Source: Lytechinus pictus
Taxonomy: Eukaryota
Assembly: GCF_037042905.1 (NCBI RefSeq)
Contig: NW_026974141.1
Coordinates: 248,001 to 312,000 of the forward strand
Length of the DNA stretch: 64,000 bases
Direction of reading: 5' to 3'
This document shows, one piece after another, positions 50,332 to 60,892 of this stretch (position 1 is the stretch's first letter; every line of letters starts with the position of its first letter). The notes below the pieces were generated by a model. The model worked only from the letters and a program-made list of their open reading frames with translations. It was not told where the DNA came from and ran no database searches. Position numbers and translations under genes: made by a program.

Positions 50332-51309
50332 ATGTCGAACAACACTAACCTCATGTTTATTCCAATTCCCTCTCCTAGACGACCAACAATGCCATCCACG
50401 ACAGGTTATATTCGATCGCTTGGGACATCAAGGGGAGGAAGTATGAGCAAGAGTGGGGATTTTACGTCTCTGAGGACCGATGATAAGAGGAAAGATGGCA
50501 ATAGTCCTGTTCGGCCGGCGTTGTGTCTCAAAGATATCACGAAATTCGATTTGATGAGTCCAGTTGCAGTACAGCAACTGACCGGAAATTTCCAATCTTC
50601 CTTTTCCACGATCACCGGTAAAGAGACGAGGAACATCAAAATGTTGAACTTACAATTGCCAAAGAATCCTTACGCAACTTTGCCTCGACTAGCACTGACT
50701 AAAAGGGATGATTGTAGAGACGTGGTACAGACGTCGAGTTTCACGCATGGACTGACGAGATCGCATTCCGAACTGTCGCACTACAGAACGCGCGATTCGC
50801 ACCGCGCGTTACTGCAAGACAGACCGCACACCGAGAGCAGGCTTACGCGCAGGGCACAACATGGTGGACCAGTGTTTTTCTCGAGCAGAGCGAGTACCAT
50901 ATCGGAGGAAAGCAGAGCACCTGTTGATTCCGAAGTGTCGTCAACCTCCGGGGGCATTAAGGAAACCGAGAAAATAAACAATCGTTTGGGAGAATACCCT
51001 TTACAAACCGTTAAATCGGGTACTTTTAAAGATCTGGCCCCACTCCGTAGAGCGAAGATGCGGTCTCAGACCAAACCGACTGCATTCGGTTCTAAAAGAA
51101 TGCGGTCTGGTCATGCGAACACGGCTGAAAAGGTGGCGAATCTGGCAATGAGTGCATACACAGAGGTACACGCTAACAATGGTGAAATAAATGGTCAGGT
51201 TTGGGGAGGAGAGAGTCCGGCGAGGAATACACCCGATGGATCAAGACTAGTTCGTTTTAACACACAAAATGACGTCTTTGAATATATTCCTGGTCAATGT
51301 TTAAGGTGA
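50332..51309 (+). CDS. Uncharacterised Ser/Thr/Arg-rich protein, 325 aa, with C-terminal RVxF-type PP1-docking motif
   Basis: 978-nt ORF that is more GC-rich than its flanks and has no TE motifs. In-frame TAA 9 nt before AGCATG. Strong upstream acceptor TTTTTTCTGCTTCTCCCACAG at 50091. Ends RLVRFNTQNDVFEY. Confidence 0.8.
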   Translation: MSNNTNLMFIPIPSPRRPTMPSTTGYIRSLGTSRGGSMSKSGDFTSLRTDDKRKDGNSPVRPALCLKDITKFDLMSPVAVQQLTGNFQSSFSTITGKETRNIKMLNLQLPKNPYATLPRLALTKRDDCRDVVQTSSFTHGLTRSHSELSHYRTRDSHRALLQDRPHTESRLTRRAQHGGPVFFSSRASTISEESRAPVDSEVSSTSGGIKETEKINNRLGEYPLQTVKSGTFKDLAPLRRAKMRSQTKPTAFGSKRMRSGHANTAEKVANLAMSAYTEVHANNGEINGQVWGGESPARNTPDGSRLVRFNTQNDVFEYIPGQCLR

Positions 51310-51377
51310 ATGATGGACAATTCCGTCCAAAATGTTTAGTAAGGTTTCTTCTCCAAAATATTGGTGATTTTTTTTTA

Positions 51378-51445
51378 TAATAAATAATATAGGATTCGTA
51401 TAGCGCACATGTCCACCTTGTTAGGTGCTCATGGCGCTCCTATAG
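51378..51445 (-). mobile_element. SINE/L2-type 3' tail fragment
   Basis: Minus strand GAGCGCCATGAGCACCT...GTGCGCTATACGAATCC(TAT)n. Similar tails lie at ~52540-52578 and ~63757-63800 (+). Confidence 0.55.
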
Positions 51446-52031
51446 AAGTTCCCATTTTAGAAGTTTTACCCAGATGACATATCTTTGGAAATTGTTTACC
51501 CAACAGTCATGACAGTGATGTATCTTTTGTTCTCACCGAACACAAAGTGTTTTTCGTAGAGATGTAGTTGTAATTCTTCATTATTGTCTTCAACTGTGTT
51601 CTCTTCATCAACCCGGTCAGTCATTATTCACACAGAAGCCTAACATGCACATGTGCACCGAGATTGTGAGATAATTCAGAGCCAGAAATAAGCGGCATAA
51701 TAAAAACTTGAGTACACATTATGATAGGTGTCGGGTTGATTAGGCGGGACGAGAAGTTAGAAACCTAAAGGTGTTGAGAACATACACAATAATAAGATTC
51801 CGTATCTCATGTTGTCGATTACAGAATGCAAGATGCTGTATTTCAGAGGCCGTATTTCGTCAATTAGACTTGAATAGAACAGAAAATAACAAAATTCCCC
51901 ATCTCCTCGTGTCAACTTGGTGTTGACTAAATGACAAGAATATAAGATGTGATTTCTACTCCTACTCAAGTCGACATCATGGGAACAAGAATTTTAAAAA
52001 ATGACTAGATGATGAACCTTCTCAAGTTTAA

Positions 52032-52410
52032 AGGTATTGTTTAACTTTGTGAGCAGCCGATTTAAAAAATTCTCAAACCAAGATGAAACATGTGTACAAG
52101 TGCATGTATTAGAACTAATAAACCCTGAAAACAACCATTATTGAGAATGAAAAGCTAAAACTACAAAGCAAACCCCGATTTTGTTAATGGGTGTCTAATA
52201 GACGCCTAAATGGTACACATAAGTGTATGGGATGAAATTAAGATGGTGTTTTCGGTCACTTTATATTTCAATTTTTGGAGCACTAAATAATTATTTTCCA
52301 ACGCAATTTTTTTCTGGGCTTCATTTTTGTAACATATCACAGACACAGGTGACAAGTGTGACATTCTAGCTCAGATTTTTTAAAAGTCAAAACAATGTTA
52401 ACCAATCACT
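52032..52410. mobile_element. TTAA-target MITE
   Basis: TTAA|AGGTATTGTTTAAC ... GTTAACCAATCACT|TTAA. Confidence 0.78.
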
Positions 52411-53458
52411 TTAATTTATGAAGTATTAGTACACGAGATAAAAATCAGATGATAAAATGTCGTATCCCCTCATATCGATTTGATGATGAATTAAGTATGA
52501 GATGACAACGTCTCTCGTCTTGTTGAGTCGATATGATGGAAAGTGCGCTATACAAATCTCATGTATTATTATTATCTATTAAAACAAGAATCCAAGATGC
52601 TGTATCTCGCCAAGTCGATTGGAAGAAGACGAGAGGGTGGGATACCACATCTCCTTAAGATGACTTGATGTTGACGATTACGATAGGTCGAGTCGAAGAC
52701 AAACCGTATGTCGACGAATCGATTCCATGACAAAAAGACGAAACGACTGGCAGGGGGACTGGATGAAGTGCTCCCTAATCAGAAATTTTAACTTAGTCAT
52801 TAAAGTGCTAAATATTCAATTAGAAATTAAGGAGATAAATTATGCCAGTTTTTCGAACTGTTACAAGCTGAGTATTTCTTGTGTTGGGACGTTCTCATGT
52901 CTATGAAGTTATTAATTATATTCTCAGCCAATTTGTTCCGAGTTTCAATATAGCTATTGTGTCCATGTGCATTCTGCAAATACTGTCATTCCATACTACT
53001 CCAGATCAAGCGAAAAGTCAAGGGAAATACAGAACTTGATAGAATCTCTTGAAGCATTTTGTTTGCTTTATTCATGAATGATTCGGAATTAAAAAAAAAA
53101 TCTTTACCATTTTTTCTCATTTGAACATTAGTTTTATTTTGCTTTATAGTATCACCAAATTTGACTTTTTTTTTAAAGTAATTTGTCGAGTAAATGACAA
53201 ATGTGTACTATTCTTTTACGATTTACTCTACAAAATGTGCCATTTTTAATACTTATTTCTTTGCATGCTTGCCAAACATTTCATTACATATTTTTCAATG
53301 GTTTGATATTCTTATATTTCAATAATGATAGAATGATATTATGTTCTATCTGATGTCATTAAATTTCATATAAAAACAAATAATACTGATTTACATTTGT
53401 TGTGATTTTGTTATGTGATTATAATTTTTTTTCGTTGGGGTAAAATAATAGGGCCCTA

Positions 53459-53671
53459 CAGTCTAAAAAATATTGAGTAGAAATTTACCCAATAATGTGT
53501 AAAAAGGGAACATACATGTTTGTTGCGTGAGGTTTTGTCCCATATTGCGGCAAAATGCACGTTTTATGGGTAAATTTCAACGAAACATTTGGGGAAATTT
53601 TACACAATATTAGGTATCATTTCGCCTAGCAAACATGCATGTTAGTTATTGGGAAAACTGTTTTTAGAGTG
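53459..53671. mobile_element. TA-target MITE, related to 22198-22446
   Basis: TA|CAGTCTAAAAAATATTG ... TTTTTAGAGTG|TA, with internal TTTACCCAAT motifs. Confidence 0.65.
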
Positions 53672-53881
53672 TATACATTTTCAAGAATACACACCGACAT
53701 CAACATGATTCCAGCAAAAAAATAACAGTCATTCCATATGGAGTGAGTGATATTCCCGCTTGTTAGAAATATGCAGTGTTATTTTGCTTAACTTCTATCA
53801 ACCATTACAATATTTATGTTTTTATGTTAGGAAGCGAGATCGTCTTGATGATCTTGTCATAATTGGGCCCTGCTAATAATG

Positions 53882-53960
53882 GCAGGGCTCACTGGGAAAA
53901 CAGTTTTCGGAACTGAAGTGGCTACCCTGGGTAAATATGCCGTTATTATTATTATTATCA
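53882..53960 (+). mobile_element. 3' end of L2/CR1-group LINE
   Basis: CAGGGCTCAC...CAGTT..AACTG.AGTGGCTACCCTG followed by a (TTA)n tail. Confidence 0.6.
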
Positions 53961-54050
53961 TACCTCTGCGTATTTACAAATGAACTTAATGCCTCGAAAG
54001 ATTTCAGCGTCTGCTTAGTTTCCCCTTTCTTTTCACTCTAACATGTTTAA

Positions 54051-54523
54051 AGGGGAAGTTCACCCTAACAAAAAAATTATTGTAAAAAGTGCAAAAAAAT
54101 TGTGAAGTTTGAGGAAAATCCATCAATGATTAAAAAAGTTGTTAGTTTAACTTCTGATTTATGACATGCCAATATTATGCGCGCAGCTCTCCATGTATAT
54201 ATCGTGAATTAAGAAAAAACAATGAAAAATCAGTTTTTCAAAGGACCAAAGTGTTTGGTAATTGCACCTTCAGTATATTAAGATATAAATCATATAGAGT
54301 AGCTGCTTGTTAATGACGCCACAAATCAAAAACTTATCATTCTAGAATGTTTCTTAATCTTTGACCGATTTATTTTTACCTTCACCAATCTGTTTTATTT
54401 ATTATCCATTCATATATTTATTTTATTTATTACATTTTATTTTATTTCTTTTTATTTCATTTCATTTTTTTTTTTGGGGGGGGGGGTTATACAGCAAACT
54501 TTTCGTCAGGGTAAAATTCCCCT
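54051..54523. mobile_element. TTAA-target MITE
   Basis: TTAA|AGGGGAAGTTCACCCT ... AGGGTAAAATTCCCCT|TTAA. Confidence 0.78.
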
Positions 54524-55308
54524 TTAAAATGTGATAAATCATCTTATAATATAGTAAACTGAAATGGAATTCTGAGTGCCCTATTTGGATTGCCAAGGTT
54601 TAAATCTACTTTTAAAATAATGCATGCGCGTTCTTTTTTTTTTTTTCTAGAGAGTCGATGGGTAGTTGTTACTTTGAATAGGCAAACTAGTATTTTTTTT
54701 ACTAAAATTGCTGCCTTGCTAATTCTAGTTAGGAAATGGTAAAGGGGGAGTGAACTGCGTGTGAGCTCTCATCGACTGTTTGTTATAAATACTTAGTCTT
54801 AAAATATACGTTTTCAGATATCTACTAATACAACAGAGAATAAATTGACCTATAATTGTATTTGTATAGAGAAACTAAAGCGTTTTGAGAGAAAAAGTAA
54901 TTGTTTTGCTACTTGGTAACATAATTATTGCGGTATAAATGTATTGAATAGTTAATTAGCATGCTATCATTCAAGTGGGTCTGTATTACTAGACTGCACT
55001 ATAGCATTATGGGTCAGGAAACTGGCCAAGTATGAGTAGTTGAGGACTCGAGATGGCGCTATTGGTTCATATCTGCTTTAAAGGTTCTCAGGAAATCGGC
55101 AAGACCACCACATCTGCCCTATTTTAACACGTTATTCTGACAAGCACGCTCGAGTAGAGATTATGTGTCAGGACAAACTGAAGAGGGGGCTTTGAAAAGG
55201 GAAGGGGAAAGACAAATCGTAAGAGAAGTAGAAGGAGAGCGAGAGGGAGAACATGGAGAAAGAAAGAGAGAGAGATCTCGGGAGAGGGGAGGAAGGGGGA
55301 GAGAGTGA

Positions 55309-58300
55309 GTTGTTTGTTTGTTTGTATTTATTTCCATAAAAAGATAAAATATATACATGCTCAATTTAACATAACATACAGATCATATGGAGGATGGCCC
55401 ATTTCAGCGGTATTAATAAAATACCGCTGTTCTTCCATGGGGTCCTTTAAAACATAAATACATGCATATAAAGCAAATATACAAAAATATACACAAAACT
55501 TCAAAACTTAATTTAATGCATGAAAAGAAAGAAACTTCACTACAAAGAAAGCAACAACAGGCAAAATGATTATGGAAAACCGAGATACAATTGAAGATTT
55601 GATTTAAAGGACTGAATCGTTGAACTAGACGATAAATTAATTGGTAATTTGTTATAAAGTGTAGCCCCCCTATACAAAAATGTCCGTTTACAGCTGTTTG
55701 AATTTGGTTTTGGGAGACTGAGATGATTTTCAGTACGCAGAGAGTAAGGGTATGTTTTACGAGAAAATTGTGTTTTCATGTAGTCAGGTGCAAAATTATT
55801 CAAAACTTTAAACATCATTACGTACATATGTTCCTTTTGCCGGGTATTTAAAGTCTTCCATTTCAAGATATCATGGATGTATGAGGATGAAGTATGCAAA
55901 TATGGATCGATTTTTAGAATAATTCTTCCTGCACGATTTTGTAGCTTTTGCAATAAATCCAAATACTTTTTCGATGCAGATTGCCAAACAATATCAGCAT
56001 AATCAAAGTGTGGAAGGATAACCGAAGAATATATTAAATTTAAACTAGATTCATTAACAAATCGCCTAAGTCTGCCAAGGAAACCAATCATTTTACCGAT
56101 TTTTGAACACATGTGATCAAAATGAACATTCCATTTAAGTTCCCTATCTATAAAAACTCCAAGATATTTAACACTTTCTACCATTTGAATATCTGTTTCG
56201 CGAATGCGTAAGTGAAGATTTTTATGTTTTGCCAACATATGCCGAGTACCTAAAAACATACTTACGGTTTTATTACAGTTAAGTTTTAATCGATTTTTGC
56301 TCATCCAATTTGCAACATTTTTCAGTTCATTATTAAGTGTTCTTTCAACTACAAGTGGATTTTTGTCCGAGAAATATAAAACAGAGTCATCGGCATATAA
56401 ATGAAAAGAACATTTATGAAGAGAGCATGACAAATCATTTATGAATATGACAAAAAGAAGCGGACCCAATATAGACCCCTGGGGTACACCATTTGAAATT
56501 ACATATTCATAAGAAAAGACATTATTCAAACAAGTTTTAATTTTGCGATCGGAAAGATAGCTTAAGAACCAATCGAGTGATTTACCAGTAACTCCAAGAT
56601 GAGAGAGTTTAGATAAAAGAATTTGGTGATTGACTAGGTCAAATGCTTTTTGTAAGTCTAAAAAGACGGCTCCCGTATAATCCCCATTATCCATGGCATG
56701 AAGCCATTCATCAGTAACCTTTGATAGTGCTGTCGTAGTTGAGTGTTTAGGTCTAAATCCTGATTGTTCAGAAATGAGGATTTGGTTTTTATTCAGATAA
56801 TGCAATAGCTGTTTTTGAATGACCCTTTCAAGTAACTTAGAAACACATGGGAGTAATGAAATTGGTCTAAAATTATCAGGATTCGATTTGTCCCCCTTTT
56901 TGTGTAAAGGTATTATCTTGGCAACTTTCCATTTACCCGGTACTTTTCCTTCTACAATAGATTTATTTATTAAATAGGTTATTGAGGGGACTAATTCATT
57001 TGCACAAGTCTTTAGAATAAATGTAGATATACCATCAACTCCAACAGACTTTTTGTTTTTAAGTGTATTGATTTCTTTCAAAATATCACTTTCTTGTATC
57101 TTGTTTAAAGTAAATATATCATCAATATCAAGTACTTGAGGAAAATCTGTTAAACCTTGCGTTTCATCAATAGATACGTTGTTAGCAACACTTGCAAAAT
57201 GTAGATTAAATTTGTTAGCAGTATCGAAAGCGTCACCAGTGCATGAATGGTTAGCAGATGATACATTACGATTTGATATAAATGATTTAATACTTTCCAA
57301 GACTCATTTCTAGTTTGATTTTGACATAATTTTTCATAATAATATATCTTTTTTTCTTTTTTAATTTCATAGGTGACTTTATTTCTTAAGCGCCTATACT
57401 CTACCCATAACCTTTCCTCTTGTTTAGATTTAGCTTTACGTTTAATTCGATCTCTCTGTTTCATTAAGTTGAAGAGATGTTCATTAAGCCAGGGAGAGTG
57501 TTTATTCTTTACACGTTTAGTTTTAAATGGCATATGTTTATCCACAACCTCTAGCAAAAGTTCTTCCCACCTTTTTACCGCATCATTTATATCATCAAAA
57601 TTTTCTATCTCATTCCAATTTTGGTTTTTAACATCAGACTTAAAACGATTGATATCAATATTTCTACACTTCCTGAAAGTAATATATTTTTCATGGGTAC
57701 CTATTGAATGGGATTTCCAAATGAGAAAACTCATAGCATGATCACTAAGCCCATTATCGATTACACCAAAAGACCTCACTTTATTTATAGAATTTGTAAG
57801 CATATGATCAATTAGTGTTGCGGAACCGCCCACTATTCGTGTATATTTAGAAGTATTAATTTGTTCTAGCGAATAAATACTATTGATTTGATTGTATTTC
57901 AAAGTCTGTGAATTACTCGGGCGTTTTAGATCAAAATTTGCATCTCCCATTATTATTATTGAATAGTTAAATCCACTAACAAAAGATAACATTTGTTCAT
58001 AGTAATCGAGAACCGCACTATGGGAATTAGGAGGTCTGTACCAATTAACAAATATAATAGGTTGAGTGTTTTTTAAATGAGTAACAATCGCTATTGCTTC
58101 TATCGAGGACAAAGAATCATGCTCTAATAGCGTAAATTTTAAAGTTTCGTGGATGTAAATTGCAACTCCACCTCCTACTCTATTTCTATCTTTACGGATT
58201 ATTTCATAATTTGGTATAAGTACCTCACCATCATTGATGCTATCATCTAATCTCGTTTCATTAAGTGCAAATATGTGAATTTGATTGTCAATGAGAATTG

Positions 58301-58652
58301 AACGTATTTCATCAATATTCCTCAATAAGCTTACAACATTTAACTGCGCAAAACGTAATCCCTTTAATGATAACTCCCGATATTTACAATTTCTTTCGTC
58401 ATGTCCAACAAATGGTTCACTATAAATCGGTAGGTTTAAAGTATCAGAAGTATCATTATAAAAAGGTAATTCTTTCATTATACATTTTGGACATTTCCAA
58501 TCTAAGAAAAGTTCTGAATCATCATTATAAATCCTCAAAGCAATGTTGACACAAGAAATATGAACCCATAAATTGCAAGATGTACAAAGTAGCCCCTTTT
58601 GGTTGTTTTTCACGCTGTTGTTACATATAGCACAAGGAAAACGCCTATTCAT
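55309..58652 (-). mobile_element. Near-intact CR1/L2-group LINE: PHD finger + APE endonuclease + reverse transcriptase, one frameshift
   Basis: C4HC3 PHD (CAIC...CTSC...HISC...CPKC). APE motifs NETRL, GGGVAIY, YRPP, GDAN, SDH. RT motifs FRPISLL, QSGFR, FLDLQKAFD, GVPQGSILGP, YADD. ORFs 58652-57150 and 57300-55570 join at ~57287. The 3' UTR has hairpin CAGCGGTATT/AATACCGCTG, AATAAA and an (AAAC)n tail. Confidence 0.95.
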
Positions 58653-58874
58653 TTACAATGATATAGAAGAAAACAAAGAAAAGAAAGAAAAAAAAAAAAA
58701 AAAACACTAAAAGAAACCTCAAGAATCCCCAGACTACAATTACATAAAATTCAAGAGTAATGATAATGAATGGATTGAATGAAAGTTAAAATAAAAGTAT
58801 CTTGGTAAGCGAAATGTCGTTTTTCCCCCTACCCTTGCCAAGTGTAGTATAAAAATATTTCTTATTAAAAGTTG

Positions 58875-59205
58875 TTATCATTGTCCAATGAGAGTAAAAG
58901 ACAAAAGTCCTCCATAAGACTGTATCTCAATAGATACTCTTTGCCATTACAGAATAAGACTGAGTAGAACAGAGATATCGTCATGCATGTTGAACATCAT
59001 CAGATATTAGGATGACCTATAAGCATGTTCAAAACGTTTACGAAGAGGTAATGAACTCTATCTAAGTAGGTCAAGTAACAAATACCCATTATGAACATCA
59101 TATAGATGGTTAAACAATCTGATTTGGAATCTAGATGGACGGTATTATCATTGTCCAATGAGAGTAAAAGACAAAAGTCCTCCATACGACTGTACCTCAA
59201 TAGAT
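58875..59205. repeat. 61-bp direct repeat pair (58875-58935 and 59145-59205)
   Basis: TTATCATTGTCCAATGAGAGTAAAAGACAAAAGTCCTCCATA(A/C)GACTGTA(T/C)CTCAATAGAT, two mismatches, 270-bp period. Confidence 0.92.
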
Positions 59206-59243
59206 TATAACTACGTGGAACATAATTTAGTTAACTAAACATA

Positions 59244-59278
<35 letters not shown>

Positions 59279-59949
59279 CGCGAGGGGGGGAGTGGTCAAT
59301 ACACACAATAATCACTGCTTGACTAGAAATCGATCAAGCAAATAGACTCTACGATTAACAGGACAATGGACTAAAATGCGTAATAAAGAAGGAAATCATT
59401 TCTCAGACGATGGTAAAAACGCCACTGTGACCCTTTCTTATTTTACTGAAGAGCTTGGTGGTAGATGTGAGCAAGGCATTTAATCAAGGGTGTTCTTTCA
59501 TCCTACTTTCAAATTAATGGAAATGCTATATGCAGTCTTGGTATAACTCTGGGTGCGCTTTTCTATATGGGGGGGGGGCAAGAAAATAGGAGTAGTCGGC
59601 AGAGATTGCTAAAAGCGTAAAAAGAAAGAAACAAGTTTATAAAAAAATATATTGAAATATCTCCAAAAGGATGAGACGTTTTATGGGACTTTGTACCAAA
59701 CTTAGAAACAAAAATAGCAATACCACATCTAACAACAACAACAACAGCAGCAGCAGCACATGGGCGTGGTGATCAAGGGGTGGGTAATGTCCAAGAAATG
59801 CAACCCTTTACGAGATTATTACAAAAAATTCACCAAAATCCAACCCAAATTTCATCGATGTACTCCAAATCCTTCAATTCCAATTTCAACTTGCAGAAAT
59901 GACATCCTCGTTAGCTCATTCGCTTCGCTCCCTCGATCTGTAACATTAA

Positions 59950-60533
59950 AGGACATGTTAACCCAAACAAAGAGTGACGTTAAATATAAATAGAAAAATC
60001 CAACAAGCACAACACTGAAAATTTCATCAAAATCGGATGTAAAATAAGAAAGTTATGACATTGTAACACTTTACTTAATATGCACATCCTGGTCAGTACG
60101 CAAATGAGGGGACTGATGATGTCATCCACTCACTACATCTTTTGTATTTTATTATATAAAATATGAAATATTCTAATCTTATCCTCATTGCCTAGTGAAA
60201 AAACCATTTAATTCCTCCCTGAACATGTGGAGTTAGCAATGTAGTATGTTTCAGTCAAGTTGGTCCGTATTGTCATATCTGTAAAAAAAATGAAATATTG
60301 TATAATTCAAACAATAAAAAAGTAAAAGAAAATAGTGAGTGAGGGACATCATCAACTGTCTCATTTTTATGTCACTGGGTTGAACATATCACTGTTTTGT
60401 GAAAAATACGCAAAATTTTAAAATGTTATAACTTTCTTATTTTACATCCGATTTTGATGAAATTTTCAGCATTATGCTAGATTGATTTTTCCATATTTAT
60501 TTCAATCAACATTTTGTGGAGTGGACTTGATTC
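59950..60533. mobile_element. TTAA-target MITE
   Basis: TTAA|AGGACATGTTAACCC start. Inverted arms TGAAAATTTCATCAAAATCGGATGTAAAATAAGAAAGTTAT / ATAACTTTCTTATTTTACATCCGATTTTGATGAAATTTTCA. Confidence 0.8.
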
Positions 60534-60648
60534 CCCCTTTCTTTGATTCCGAAAATAAAACAATAACATTGCATGACAAATCACAAATTAAGGACGAATT
60601 CAACTTTTTTTTTTACATATCATGCATATAGCTTCAAATCATAAATAA

Positions 60649-60892
60649 CCGGTGTGTTGGCTCAGTTGGTCTCACAACCGGGAGGTTGGGGGTTCAAACC
60701 CTGGCCGCGTCAGACCAAAAGACGTTAAAAGATGGGAGTTGCTGCTACCCTGTTTGGCGTTCAACGATTAAAGGGATAGAGCCTCGTCGATCTGGCGCTG
60801 CACAGCGGCTGCCGGGCCCACGATCAATTGGGCAAAGCAAATTTTCGGAGTATTTCATTTCATGTCTATTTCGAACAATAAATTATGGATTT
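60649..60892 (+). mobile_element. tRNA-derived SINE, near full length
   Basis: A-box TGGCTCAGTTGG, B-box GGTTCAAACCC, GC-rich body and AATAAA-containing end. Confidence 0.8.

Noticed and set aside
50406-50981. Minus-strand ORFs 50406-50639 and 50781-50981
   Set aside because: Shadows of the 325-aa plus-strand ORF.
60649-60710. tRNA genes at the A/B-box sequences (also 5788, 28090, 43897)
   Set aside because: No complete cloverleaf, and each runs into a shared SINE body.
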